From positions 7,314 through 71,313 of the forward strand of contig JAFGMD010000024.1 of NCBI GenBank assembly GCA_016927685.1: a stretch of DNA of 64,000 nucleotides, written 5' to 3'. Within the stretch, counting starts at the first letter, position 1. Each line of letters opens with the position of its first letter. Made by a program: the position numbers and the translations under genes. Source of the DNA: Candidatus Falkowbacteria bacterium (GTDB lineage: Bacteria; Patescibacteriota; Patescibacteriia; CAIXNZ01). The notes under the pieces were generated by a model. It ran no database searches. It was given only the letters and a program-made list of their open reading frames with translations, and was not told the DNA's origin. This document shows, piece by piece, positions 15,964 through 26,266 of the stretch.

Positions 15964-18030
15964 ATGCGAAAAATATTGTCTAAAAAAATAGATAAACTCA
16001 TTACTATTACCATAATTATGGTTTTGGGCATATTTTTATGTTTCCCAAATAATACTTTTGCAGCTACAGATGGTTACCCAAGGTTAGCCAACTATTATAT
16101 TGCTTGGGATGTTAAAACTGATATAGACATTGAAAACCTATCTAAATGGGACTTGGTGATTTTAAGCCCGCAATCAATGGAAAGAAACCCTCAGCTTATA
16201 TCTAAATTAAGACAAAAAAATAGTAAGATAAAAATTCTGGTTTATATGCCTATTCAGGAAATAACTTATGATCCTGCCCTGTTAAAAGAAACGCCTTATT
16301 GGACAGAGGTTTATAATACTGTTAACCAAAACAATTGGTGGCTAAAAAAATCTGACGGCCAACATGCCAGTTTTTGGCCGGGTAATTGGTTTATCAATGC
16401 TTCTTCAGTTGCGCCTAAAACAAATGGGCAAAATTGGGCTGATTATTTGCCAGAATTAATGTATAAAAAATATTTAAGCACAGATACTTGGGATGGTATT
16501 TTTTATGATAATGTCTGGCATGGACTTTCTTGGCTGAAACAGCCGATTGATATTAATGGCGATGGCCCTGCTGATAGCGATCAAGCTGTTGATGAGGCCT
16601 GGCGTTCTGGCTTAAGTCAAATTATTATAAAAACGCGTAATTTGGCCCCAACTAAAATGATTTTTGCTAATGCCAATACAAATTATTATAATAATATCTT
16701 AAATGGCCGCATGCATGAAAATTTCCCAACGCAAAGTGAAGGCGGCTGGAGCGGCTCGATGAGTAATTACCTAAGCGCAAATTTCGCTTATGCTCCCAAA
16801 GGGTTTATTCTTAACGCAAACACAAATAATACTGGTGAGAAAAATAATTATCAAATTTTTCGTTATAATATGACCTCTGCCTTAATGGGCGATGGCTATT
16901 TCAGTTTTGATTATGGCGATTTGGGCCATGACAGATTATGGTGGTATGACGAATATGATTATTATTTGGGGCAAGCAAAGACAGAGGCTAAAAATTTGTT
17001 GGATGCAAAATCGAAAGAAATTAAAGCTGGTGTTTGGCAACGTGATTTTGAAAATGCTTTAGCTATCGTTAATTCAACTTCAACAAATCAAAAAATTTCT
17101 TTTGAGGCAGAATATGAAAAAATTAAAGGTATTCAAGATAAAACAACTAATAATGGCGCGGTAATAAAAAATATAACTTTGTCGGCTAATGACGGCTTGA
17201 TTCTTTTGCGTCGCATTGAGGAAATAACAAATACGGCATTTTTTAACGGCTCTTTTATTCGTGTTTTTGACAATAAGGGCCTTAGTCAAAGAAACGGCTT
17301 TTTCTTATATGAAAATGAGTTCCGTGGCGGTAATGTTATTAGCAAAGAAGATATTAATAAAGATAATAAATATGAAATAATTGTAGCTGATGCCAGTAAA
17401 ATTACTATTTATGATGAAAATAAAAATGTATTAAATACTTTTTATCCTTATGGCACAAAATATAATAAGGGCATAAATTATGACTTAGCTGATTTAGACG
17501 GCGATGGTAATAAAGAAATTATTACTGGTACCTTAAGGGGATACGCTCCTTTAGTTAAAATTTTTGACAATAAGGGCAAGGTCATTAATCCTGGTTTTTA
17601 TGCTTATGCCAAATCATTTACCGGAGGCGTAAATGTATCAGTCTGCGATTTTAAAGGCAATGGAGAAAAAAGCATTGTTACTGGCGCCGGTTATATGGGC
17701 GGCTCATCCGTTAAAATATTTAATAAAAATGGCAAGTTGTTAGGCGCTGCTTATGCTTATGCCAAAACATTTAAAGGCGGTGTTTATGTAACTTGCGGTG
17801 ATATCAATGGAGATAATAAAGATGAAATTATTACTGGGGCTGGCTATAGTGGCACGCCTCAGGTGCGCATATTTAACAATAAATTCCAAGAAGTTGGAAA
17901 AAGTTTTTGGGCTTATGAACAAACCAGTAAAAACGGAGTGCGCGTTTTTGCCAATGACATAGACGGTGATGGTATTGATGAAATATTAGCCGCTACGCCT
18001 TCAACTTTTACGACTTCCATAACAAAATAA
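15964..18030 (+). CDS. Secreted putative glycoside hydrolase (TIM-barrel) with C-terminal FG-GAP/VCBS-like repeats
   Basis: Signal peptide; WDGIFYDN; repeated DLDGDGNKEIITG / DINGDNKDEIITG / DIDGDGIDEIL. Confidence 0.7.
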   Translation: MRKILSKKIDKLITITIIMVLGIFLCFPNNTFAATDGYPRLANYYIAWDVKTDIDIENLSKWDLVILSPQSMERNPQLISKLRQKNSKIKILVYMPIQEITYDPALLKETPYWTEVYNTVNQNNWWLKKSDGQHASFWPGNWFINASSVAPKTNGQNWADYLPELMYKKYLSTDTWDGIFYDNVWHGLSWLKQPIDINGDGPADSDQAVDEAWRSGLSQIIIKTRNLAPTKMIFANANTNYYNNILNGRMHENFPTQSEGGWSGSMSNYLSANFAYAPKGFILNANTNNTGEKNNYQIFRYNMTSALMGDGYFSFDYGDLGHDRLWWYDEYDYYLGQAKTEAKNLLDAKSKEIKAGVWQRDFENALAIVNSTSTNQKISFEAEYEKIKGIQDKTTNNGAVIKNITLSANDGLILLRRIEEITNTAFFNGSFIRVFDNKGLSQRNGFFLYENEFRGGNVISKEDINKDNKYEIIVADASKITIYDENKNVLNTFYPYGTKYNKGINYDLADLDGDGNKEIITGTLRGYAPLVKIFDNKGKVINPGFYAYAKSFTGGVNVSVCDFKGNGEKSIVTGAGYMGGSSVKIFNKNGKLLGAAYAYAKTFKGGVYVTCGDINGDNKDEIITGAGYSGTPQVRIFNNKFQEVGKSFWAYEQTSKNGVRVFANDIDGDGIDEILAATPSTFTTSITK

Positions 18031-18054
18031 ACATTTATTTGCTAAACTATAAAT

Positions 18055-19890
18055 ATGACCCCAGAAGACGAAAAAATAAATAAACAAACAGATAGCAAGG
18101 TAGTTAAGGTTGATGCCAAACCCATTGTTGAAAATAAAGAAATTGATAAAACTCGTATCGGCAATATTACGATTGATAAAATTGGCAGTTTAACATTAAA
18201 TATTGCCGCTGAACCCCTGAAAAAACGTTATGAAAAATATTATAAAAAAAATAAGCTCCACTTGCTAGTGGACTTGGTTTTGGCGGCTATTGTTATAATG
18301 CTACTGGGTAGCTTAGTAAATCTTTGGTTATTTAGCCGCGCTAAACTTTTTAATTTGATGGAATTCAGAGTAACTTCTAGCCCAGAAGCCTTGATTAATG
18401 GGCAAACAACAGAGTTCGTTATTGCATATTCTAATACAACAAATGATCAATTAACAAATGTTGCTTTAGTGCTCAAATTACCTGACAGCTTAAGAAATCC
18501 TCAATTTAATATTGATGGCTACGATACCAAAACTCATACCTTAAGAATTGGTGATATGCCTGCTAAGGCGCACGGTGAATTAATAGTAAAGGGGCTGCTT
18601 TTGGATAATTTTGACGCTAAGCAGGAATTTTTAGCGGTAATTAATTATAAAAATAAATATGGCCAGGATAGGCAGGAATTTTTTAATCAGGATTTTATTT
18701 TAAGCAATTCTGTCATTGAAACAAAAATTAATCTGCCCGAACGACTAATCGCCACATCTCCTTTTGACGGTAAATTTTCCATTAAAAATAATTCTGATTT
18801 AACATTTAAAAATTTAAAGGTTAAATTTGGCGACTCAAATACTTTTAGACTGATAAAATCTGAACTTGGCAAAATAGACGCGCAACCCTGGCCGATTGAC
18901 TCTTTGCCAAGGGACTTAGAAAAAAATTATAATTTTTCAGGCAAAGTATATATTGATAAGCCGCAAAATACTCCTATTATGATTGAAACATATGCAACTT
19001 ATGAAGATAAAGAATATTTAATCAGCAAAAGTACCGCGGTTGCCTGGACAGAGTTTGCTAGATTTATTATTGATTTTATTAATACGGAAAAAAATCAAAT
19101 TGCCAGCCCAGGTGATAGTACAACCTATACGATTCATTATAAAAATACAGAGAATGTCAGTCTGCAAAATGTTGAACTGGGAGTCGTGGTTAGGGGTGAA
19201 TATGCAGAGCAGGAAAAATATAGCGCTCTAAAAATAAATTTAATTGAACCTGGCCAAGAAGGGACCGCTGAAGTTAATGTCCCCATAAAACAAAACATTA
19301 ACTTTGATACATATAACGAAAATGGTTATAACCTTGAAGCTCGTGTTTTTGCTAATTATTCAGGCAACTCTATAGAAAGCTTGCCCCTGATGACTAAATT
19401 GAACTCTCGCCTGATCGTTAGCACCGCGGCTGTTTTTTTCACTTCTGAAGGCGACCAAATCGGCGTAGGCTCAGTACCGCCGAGAGTGGGAGAATATACC
19501 TCTTACTGGGCAGTTATAAAAGTAATGAATACTAATAATAAAGTGCGTGATACAAAATTGATTGCCCAACTTCCGGACGGTGTTGAATTCACAAATATTT
19601 ATAATGTTACGGCAGGCAATCAAATAATCCATCATGAAAATTCTAATCAAATAGAATGGCAAATTGAAGATATTCCTGTCTTGGCTGGATATTATAACCC
19701 TGCGCCAGAAGCTAGGATACAATTAGCCATAACTCCCACAGAATCACAAATGGGACAAACCCCGGCTTTATTATCCAGTATTTCTGTTTCGGCAACTGAT
19801 GATGCGACTGGCGCACTTATATCAGCGGCAGGCAAAAACATTACAACCGCAATTTCCAGCGATAATAGTTTAAATAAAGTCATTGAATAA
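18055..19890 (+). CDS. Membrane-anchored protein with repeated Ig-like (DUF11-like) domains
   Basis: TM helix around aa 70-93; repeated PGDSTTYTIHYKN-type segments. Confidence 0.6.
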   Translation: MTPEDEKINKQTDSKVVKVDAKPIVENKEIDKTRIGNITIDKIGSLTLNIAAEPLKKRYEKYYKKNKLHLLVDLVLAAIVIMLLGSLVNLWLFSRAKLFNLMEFRVTSSPEALINGQTTEFVIAYSNTTNDQLTNVALVLKLPDSLRNPQFNIDGYDTKTHTLRIGDMPAKAHGELIVKGLLLDNFDAKQEFLAVINYKNKYGQDRQEFFNQDFILSNSVIETKINLPERLIATSPFDGKFSIKNNSDLTFKNLKVKFGDSNTFRLIKSELGKIDAQPWPIDSLPRDLEKNYNFSGKVYIDKPQNTPIMIETYATYEDKEYLISKSTAVAWTEFARFIIDFINTEKNQIASPGDSTTYTIHYKNTENVSLQNVELGVVVRGEYAEQEKYSALKINLIEPGQEGTAEVNVPIKQNINFDTYNENGYNLEARVFANYSGNSIESLPLMTKLNSRLIVSTAAVFFTSEGDQIGVGSVPPRVGEYTSYWAVIKVMNTNNKVRDTKLIAQLPDGVEFTNIYNVTAGNQIIHHENSNQIEWQIEDIPVLAGYYNPAPEARIQLAITPTESQMGQTPALLSSISVSATDDATGALISAAGKNITTAISSDNSLNKVIE

Positions 19891-20092
19891 CAAAAACACC
19901 CCGCATAGGGGTGTTTTTTTATTGCTTCTATTATTGACTTTTGGCCAAGTTTAAGCTACTATACTTATATTATTCACAAAAAATGAAAAATTATTCTCAA
20001 AAAATAAATAAAAAAATAATACGCTTTAGAACCCCCAGTACTTTTCGCGCCAATATTAAATTTAATAAACCTAATAAAATTAAATAAAAAAA

Positions 20093-21415
20093 ATGCAATA
20101 TAAATACGATGTCAAAAAGCTGCCTAAAAGCCAGCTGGAAATAAAAGTAACAATTCCTGCTAATGAGCTTGAGCCATTTTTAAATAAAGCTATTGAAAAC
20201 TTGTCTAGCCAAACTAAAATTGACGGCTTCCGCCCAGGCAAAGTGCCGTTGGAGATGCTTAAGAAAAAAGTGGGGGAAATGAAGATTTATGAAGAAGCTG
20301 CTGTTTTAGCCGTAGAAAAATCATATATAGAAATTGCCCAAAAAGAAAAATTTGAACCACTTGGCTCTCCAAAGGTAGATTTTGAAAAATTAGCTCCCCA
20401 AAACGATTTTATTTATAAAGCGACTGTTGATTTGATGCCAGCAATAAAAATTGGCGATCTCAAATCAATCAAGATTAAAGAGAAAGAAATAAATATAAGC
20501 GCCCAAGACATTGAAAAGGTTATTGAGGACTTGAGAAAGATGCGCGCCACAGAAGCTTTGGAAAGCAAAAAAGCGGAAAAGGGCGATAAAGTAGAAGTTG
20601 ATTTTGATATTCTGCGTAATAATGTATCAATTGACGGCGGAGCACAAAAAAAATACCCACTAATTATAGGCGAGGGTCAGTTTATCCCTGGCTTTGAAGA
20701 TAATTTGATTGGCTTAGAAGCGGGGTCAGACAAAGAATTTGAATTAATTTTTCCGGAAAAATACCATAACAAAAATTTGGCGGGCAAGCCAGCTAAATTT
20801 AAAGTAAAAATGTTAGCTGTCTACAAAAGAACCCTGCCAGAACTAAACGATGAATTTGCCAAAACTTTGGGTGCGCCAACAATTGCTGAATTAAAAAAAC
20901 AAATTGAACATAATTTAGAGCACGAAGAGCACCATAAAGAGGAGGAAAGGGTTGAAACGGAACTTTTAAACAAACTTATTGATAAATCTCAAGTGGGGGA
21001 AATACCTGATACTTTAATCAATAGCGAAGCCGCTAAAATGGTCCAAGAGCTACAAAGCAATGTGGCAATGCAAGGCCTAAAATTTGAGGATTACTTAAAA
21101 CATTTAAATAAAACTCCTGATCAATTAAAATTAGATTTTGCTCCCCAGGCTATTAAGAGAATTAAAGCTGCCCTAATAACCAGAACAATTTTCTTTAATG
21201 AAAAAATGGAAATTAGCGAAGCTGATACTGATAAAGAAATTGAAGCCATGAGCCACTATTACCAAAATAATCCAGATATTATTAAATCCTTAAAAACTCC
21301 TGAATACCGGGATTATATTAAAAATGTCATTGGCAACCGCAAGGTTATGGAATATTTAAAAACACTGTGCGTAGAAAGACCTGAAAAAAATAGTAAAATT
21401 GAACATAATCACTAA
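20093..21415 (+). CDS. tig: Trigger factor
   Basis: IDGFRPGKVP, FIPGFEDNLIG. Confidence 0.97.
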   Translation: MQYKYDVKKLPKSQLEIKVTIPANELEPFLNKAIENLSSQTKIDGFRPGKVPLEMLKKKVGEMKIYEEAAVLAVEKSYIEIAQKEKFEPLGSPKVDFEKLAPQNDFIYKATVDLMPAIKIGDLKSIKIKEKEINISAQDIEKVIEDLRKMRATEALESKKAEKGDKVEVDFDILRNNVSIDGGAQKKYPLIIGEGQFIPGFEDNLIGLEAGSDKEFELIFPEKYHNKNLAGKPAKFKVKMLAVYKRTLPELNDEFAKTLGAPTIAELKKQIEHNLEHEEHHKEEERVETELLNKLIDKSQVGEIPDTLINSEAAKMVQELQSNVAMQGLKFEDYLKHLNKTPDQLKLDFAPQAIKRIKAALITRTIFFNEKMEISEADTDKEIEAMSHYYQNNPDIIKSLKTPEYRDYIKNVIGNRKVMEYLKTLCVERPEKNSKIEHNH

Positions 21416-21475
21416 AAAACTGTCCCGCTCCGCGAGGCGGTTTTTTTATTTAAAATATAATGTTAAACTTAAGCC

Positions 21476-21982
21476 ATGCTAATAGCTCTTATATCCGACT
21501 CCCATGACAATTGGCCAAATGTTGAGAAGGCCATAAAATATATTAATAAAGAAAAAATTGCTACAATAATTCATTGCGGTGATGTTTGCGCTCCAGCAGT
21601 TTTGGAAGAAATGGCAAAATTATTTGCAGGGGACAGAATTCATTTAGTTAAAGGCAATGTTGATGGTGATATCGAAGGCTTCCGAAGAAAGGCAAAAGAT
21701 AATACTAAAATTAATTACCAAGGCAATACAGGTAAATTAGAAATTGATAATTTAACAATAGTTTTTTGTCATGATCCGTTTTTGGCTAAAAAAATGGCTG
21801 AAACGCAAAAATATGATTTTGCTTTTTATGGTCATACGCACAAACCCTGGCAGGAAAAAATTGGTAAAACAGAACTAATTAACCCGGGGACTTTAGCTGG
21901 TCTTTTTACTAAGGCGACCTTTGCTATTTTTGATACTATAACGAAAAAAGCCCAACTGATCCTTTTGGAAAAAATAAAATAA
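21476..21982 (+). CDS. Metallophosphoesterase (YfcE/MJ0936 family)
   Basis: ISDSHDN, HCGD, GNVD, GHTH, NPG motifs. Confidence 0.9.
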   Translation: MLIALISDSHDNWPNVEKAIKYINKEKIATIIHCGDVCAPAVLEEMAKLFAGDRIHLVKGNVDGDIEGFRRKAKDNTKINYQGNTGKLEIDNLTIVFCHDPFLAKKMAETQKYDFAFYGHTHKPWQEKIGKTELINPGTLAGLFTKATFAIFDTITKKAQLILLEKIK

Positions 21983-21991
21983 AACGCCCCA

Positions 21992-22195
21992 CTAAGTGGA
22001 GCGTTTTCCCCTCTCTAAAAGCTTTTCTACATACCATACTTTTTGGCATAAAGTGCATTTTAACCTGAAAAGGTCAAATGCTTTTAGCTTGCCCCTGCAG
22101 TTGGGGCATTTCTTTTTAAGGGCTTTTTTTTGTTTTCTGTAAATTGCATTATACATCCGATACATCGCCGCATCCCGCTTTGACAGCCCACTCAT
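21992..22195 (-). CDS. Small zinc-ribbon hypothetical protein
   Basis: CPNC...CTLC; strong SD AAAGGAGG. Confidence 0.6.
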   Translation of the reverse strand: MSGLSKRDAAMYRMYNAIYRKQKKALKKKCPNCRGKLKAFDLFRLKCTLCQKVWYVEKLLERGKRST

Positions 22196-22288
22196 TTTCC
22201 GCTTCCTCCTTTTTGGTTTTTGGTAAATATTTTTTTCTAAAATCTGATATAATAATACTATACTTAAAAATTAATTTATACAAGATCT

Positions 22289-22741
22289 ATGTATGACATC
22301 TTAATAATATTGGCTAAGTTGCTTTTAGCCATTATATTGGGCGCAATAATCGGTTACGAGCGAGAATCCATAGGGAAGCCGGCTGGATCTAGAACATATG
22401 CCCTAATCGCTCTTGGCTCTGCTTTATTTACTATTCTTTCAGTAGATGGATTTGGCAAATTGCCCAATGGCAATCCCACCTCTATGATGGGCCAAATATT
22501 AATTGGTATAGGTTTTATTGGCGCTGGCTTGATTGTTTATCATAAGCATCATGTTGAGGGCCTAACTACTGCCTCTGCTCTCTGGTCAATCGCTGCTATT
22601 GGTATTGCCGTTGGCTTGGGCTGGTATGTTGTCGCTATTATTGCCTCCTTGTTGGTTTTCCTTCTTTTATTTATTGTTAGAAGGGTAGAATTTGAAAAAA
22701 ATAAAAAGAAAACACTATGGTCTTTATTCGACAAGAAATAA
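22289..22741 (+). CDS. MgtC/SapB family membrane protein
   Basis: IGYERE..KPAGSRT, GIGFIGAG, GLTTASALW. Confidence 0.92.
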   Translation: MYDILIILAKLLLAIILGAIIGYERESIGKPAGSRTYALIALGSALFTILSVDGFGKLPNGNPTSMMGQILIGIGFIGAGLIVYHKHHVEGLTTASALWSIAAIGIAVGLGWYVVAIIASLLVFLLLFIVRRVEFEKNKKKTLWSLFDKK

Positions 22742-23505
22742 TTGATAAAATAAAAAAATTAACAAGGAACGCCGGGCAAATTTTGCTCAAAAATTTTAAT
22801 TTGCCAAAACAAAATCATGCCAAATTTAAAAGTAAGCATGAGATCTTGACCACTGCCGACTTGATTGCTGAAAAAATAATTATTAATAAGCTAAAAAAAC
22901 TTACTCCTAATTTTCGCATTCTCTCTGAGGAATCTGGCGATAATAAAAAGAAAAGCGATTTTCTATGGACCGTTGATCCCTTAGACGGCACAACCAACTA
23001 TTACATGGGCAATCCGCTTTTTGCTGTGCAAATAGCTTTAGTTTATAAAAATGAACCCATTTTGGCATTTATTTACTCTCCTTATATCAAGGAGTTTTAT
23101 TTTGCCCAAAAAAATAAAGGGGCTTTCTTAAATGGCAAAAAAATTCATGTTTCAAATAAAAAATTTAAAACCGCTCTTTTAACATTTTGCCATGGTTCAA
23201 CAAAATCAGATGTGCTTAGGGCTATTAAAATTTATGAGCATTTTAAATTAGCCAGTTTTGACATTAGACAAATCGGTTCGGCTGCTTTAGAATTCGCCTG
23301 GGTAGCCAAGGGACGCACTGAATGCTATATTTCGCCTGGCCATCGGCTTTGGGATATTGTGCCAGGCGCATTAATTGTGCGTGAAGCCGGCGGCAGAATT
23401 TATGATTTTAAAGGAAATAGCTGGAATCTAGTAAAATCAAAAGCTATTTTTGCTTCAAACGGCATTATTGATAATAAAGTTTTAAATTTTTTGAAAAAAC
23501 TATAA
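22717..23505 (+). CDS. suhB: Inositol monophosphatase family protein (SuhB-like)
   Basis: WTVDPLDGTTNY, GSAALE, WDIVPGALIVREAGG. Confidence 0.85.
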   Translation: MVFIRQEIIDKIKKLTRNAGQILLKNFNLPKQNHAKFKSKHEILTTADLIAEKIIINKLKKLTPNFRILSEESGDNKKKSDFLWTVDPLDGTTNYYMGNPLFAVQIALVYKNEPILAFIYSPYIKEFYFAQKNKGAFLNGKKIHVSNKKFKTALLTFCHGSTKSDVLRAIKIYEHFKLASFDIRQIGSAALEFAWVAKGRTECYISPGHRLWDIVPGALIVREAGGRIYDFKGNSWNLVKSKAIFASNGIIDNKVLNFLKKL

Positions 23506-24122
23506 TGACCCTTGTTTTAAAAATTCATCCTGATCACCCGGAGATAAAAAAAATAGAACGTGTAGTAGAAATATTAAAATCGGATGGAATTTTTGTTTAT
23601 CCCACTGACACTATTTATGGCTTAGGTTGCGATATTTTTAACAAAGAAGCGGTGGAAAAAATTTATCAATTAAAAGGCAGGGATAGAAGAAAACCATTAA
23701 GTATTATTTGTTCTGATATTAAAGAAGCGGCCAAATATGCGATTATTCAAGATTATGCTTATCGGCTTATGAAAAAAGTTTTACCTGGCCCTTATACCTT
23801 TGTCCTAAAAGCCAGAAGTGAAATCCCCAAAACTTTTTTACCAAAAAATAGAACAGTTGGTATCCGAATTCCTAATAATCAAATCTGTCTAGAAGCTGCC
23901 AAAAAATTAGGCAACCCAATTATTACCACAAGCTTAAATATCTCGGGTCAAGAAGTTATGGCTAGCCCCAGCCAACTAAGTAAAGAGCTAACCAATAAAA
24001 TTGATGTAATTATTGACGCGGGTGTGCTGCCTCGGCAACCATCTTCAATTATTGACCTTAGTGGGGATAAGCCAATAATTTTACGCGAGGGATTGGGTGA
24101 TTTAACATTATTTAAATACTAA
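23505..24122 (+). CDS. Sua5/YrdC/YciO family threonylcarbamoyl-AMP synthase
   Basis: VYPTDTIYGLGC, KGRDRRKPLS, PGPYT, VGIRIP, TTSLN. Confidence 0.9.
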   Translation: MTLVLKIHPDHPEIKKIERVVEILKSDGIFVYPTDTIYGLGCDIFNKEAVEKIYQLKGRDRRKPLSIICSDIKEAAKYAIIQDYAYRLMKKVLPGPYTFVLKARSEIPKTFLPKNRTVGIRIPNNQICLEAAKKLGNPIITTSLNISGQEVMASPSQLSKELTNKIDVIIDAGVLPRQPSSIIDLSGDKPIILREGLGDLTLFKY

Positions 24123-24123
24123 T

Positions 24124-24402
24124 ATGAAAAAAACTTTAATTATTATTATTATCTTTTTAGTTTTTGCTGTTGGTGTGGCCTTGGCATTTGCCACCTTCTT
24201 TAACCCAAAAAAAGTTATTACTCAGCGCTTTAATGAATGTGTTTTAATGCGAGACAAAATGACTGGCGTTGTCGGCTGTTTTGGCTGCGCCAATAATATT
24301 TGCAAGGACGCCCCGGAAAACTGGGTAATTTATCAGAACCCAGAGATTGGCATCCCTTATGCTTGTGTACCCGAAGAAACCGGCTGTGAATTAAAACAAT
24401 AG
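24124..24402 (+). CDS. Small Cys-rich exported hypothetical protein
   Basis: N-terminal TM/signal; six Cys residues; operonic spacing with neighbours. Confidence 0.6.
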   Translation: MKKTLIIIIIFLVFAVGVALAFATFFNPKKVITQRFNECVLMRDKMTGVVGCFGCANNICKDAPENWVIYQNPEIGIPYACVPEETGCELKQ

Positions 24403-24404
24403 CT

Positions 24405-24647
24405 ATGCAAAAAATTTATAGCATAAAAGTCCTGCCTGGTTCTAAGGTAAATAAAATTATTGAGCAAAAGCAAAATTATTTGAAGATTAAATTAAGCGCT
24501 CCTGCATACGAAGGCAAAGCAAACCTGTCTTTAATTAAATTTTTAAGTGCATGTTTTAATATTTCTAAAAATAAAATTAAAATTATCTCTGGGCTCAAGT
24601 CTAGAGATAAAAAGGTTAGTCTTAATATAAATATTGACAAAAGATAA
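24405..24647 (+). CDS. DUF167 (YggU) family protein
   Basis: IKVLPGSK...APAYEGKANLSLIKFL...IISGLKSRDK. Confidence 0.85.
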   Translation: MQKIYSIKVLPGSKVNKIIEQKQNYLKIKLSAPAYEGKANLSLIKFLSACFNISKNKIKIISGLKSRDKKVSLNINIDKR

Positions 24648-24706
24648 AAAGGAGAATAAGGTAAAAATAACCCGCTTTTAATAAATGGCGGGAAAGGAGG
24701 AGGAAG

Positions 24707-25240
24707 ATGCGCAAATTGTTTGTTGGTCTTATGGTCATGTGCTTACTAACCCTGATTTCAGCTGAAACAAAGCACGAGCAGGAAATCAACAGCAAAAAAG
24801 TCGGCATCAAACTGGTTACGCCAGTGGATTGGACATATGATGAAAACAAATGTGACCCATTACTTAGCCTTTATTCGCCAGAAACCAAGGAACACCCCCA
24901 CAAGACTCTTGATTTGGAAAAGGGCTTGAAAATGGAGCTGGCACTCGGACTTAACGAAACGCGCTTTATGGAAGCCATGAAGGGCGTAAAAGCTGAAAAA
25001 TTTACTACACTCGTCAATATTAAGGACAAAGATTTCACGGCTATTTATCTTGAAAAAGGCACTTATGGCAGCGGCAGAGAAATGCTTTGCTTACATGCGC
25101 TTTTAAAAAATAAGGAAAAAAGCGTTTGGGTCATCGGCTATATCCCAGAGAAAGAAAAGCTTAACGAATACGCGGAAAAATATACGCTCATCCTTGCTTC
25201 AATTGAATTTCTTAAACAAACCAAGAGCGACTCTAAGTGA
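24707..25240 (+). CDS. Exported hypothetical protein
   Basis: Signal peptide; TTGACA-17-TAAGGT promoter; SD AGGAGGAGG; terminator aagagcgactc/gagtcgctctt. Confidence 0.7.
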   Translation: MRKLFVGLMVMCLLTLISAETKHEQEINSKKVGIKLVTPVDWTYDENKCDPLLSLYSPETKEHPHKTLDLEKGLKMELALGLNETRFMEAMKGVKAEKFTTLVNIKDKDFTAIYLEKGTYGSGREMLCLHALLKNKEKSVWVIGYIPEKEKLNEYAEKYTLILASIEFLKQTKSDSK

Positions 25241-25274
25241 GTCGCTCTTTTATATTTATCTTTATAATATTTGA

Positions 25275-25538
25275 TCAAGGCACCGGATCGTGACCGCCCT
25301 TGGCAAGGGGATGACAGCGTATTAAGCGTTTTAACCCTAGCCAACCACCTTTAATCACGCCGTATTTGGCTATTGCTTCATATGTATATTGACTGCAAGA
25401 AGGATAAAAACGACAACCCCAAAAAGGGAATATCTTGGCTAAGGGACTGTGATCAAAAGAAAGTGTTTTTTGATAAGCTCTTATGGCGAATAATACTGGG
25501 ATTCTTGCTTGAAAAATAATTTTTGAATATAAATTCAT
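25275..25538 (-). CDS. yidD: Membrane protein insertion efficiency factor
   Basis: [10 protein letters not shown]...[17 protein letters not shown]. Confidence 0.93.
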   Translation of the reverse strand: MNLYSKIIFQARIPVLFAIRAYQKTLSFDHSPLAKIFPFWGCRFYPSCSQYTYEAIAKYGVIKGGWLGLKRLIRCHPLAKGGHDPVP

Positions 25539-25888
25539 ATTAATTTTACCTTTTTAAACGCACCCAACAAATTTTTCTCGATTTCTTCATATGTTGCTGT
25601 TTTGCCTAAATTATTTATTATCTTGGGAGACACAATAACAACTATATCATACCCTTTTGCTATTTTAGCTAAATTTAAGCGCACAATTTCACTAATTCGG
25701 CGCTTAATCAAGTTTCTTTTTGTTGCTTTTTTGCTGACTTTTGTGGAAACAACAATAGCAAAACGAGGATAAGGCAAACTATTTTGCTTATATTTTATTA
25801 TTAAAAACAAAAAATAAACCGGCTTACCATGCTTCATTAGCGCTCCAATGTCCTTTTTTTTGGTTAAACGGTTTATTTTTTTTAACAT
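25535..25888 (-). CDS. rnpA: Ribonuclease P protein component
   Basis: [23 protein letters not shown]. Confidence 0.93.
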   Translation of the reverse strand: MLKKINRLTKKKDIGALMKHGKPVYFLFLIIKYKQNSLPYPRFAIVVSTKVSKKATKRNLIKRRISEIVRLNLAKIAKGYDIVVIVSPKIINNLGKTATYEEIEKNLLGAFKKVKLI

Positions 25889-25898
25889 AGATTAAAAT

Positions 25899-26060
25899 TT
25901 ATTTTTTTCCTTTTCTTTCAGTTGAAACTGTTAAGCTGTGTCGGCCCCTTGCCCTTCGTCTTTTTAATACAATTCTGCCCTTTTTGCTTTTCATGCGGGC
26001 GCGGAAGCCATGAGTCTTTACTCTTTTTCTCTTTTTTGGCTGATAAGTTCTTTTTGGCAT
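25899..26060 (-). CDS. rpmH: 50S ribosomal protein L34
   Basis: Below the ORF-track cutoff; own translation [53 protein letters not shown]. Confidence 0.95.
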   Translation of the reverse strand: MPKRTYQPKKRKRVKTHGFRARMKSKKGRIVLKRRRARGRHSLTVSTERKGKK

Positions 26061-26266
26061 AAACTTTTAAAATTATAGTAAAATTATATAAAAATAATAG
26101 CAGTTGTGGAAATATTTGTCAAAATAAAAATAATGTATTAAGATAAATCCACAATTTATTAACACTCTATAAACATTTGAAGGATTGCGGATGATTTTTA
26201 GTTGTGTATTTTTATGATATTATTTTTATATAAAACAAAAATCACAATTAACTTATTTGGGGAACT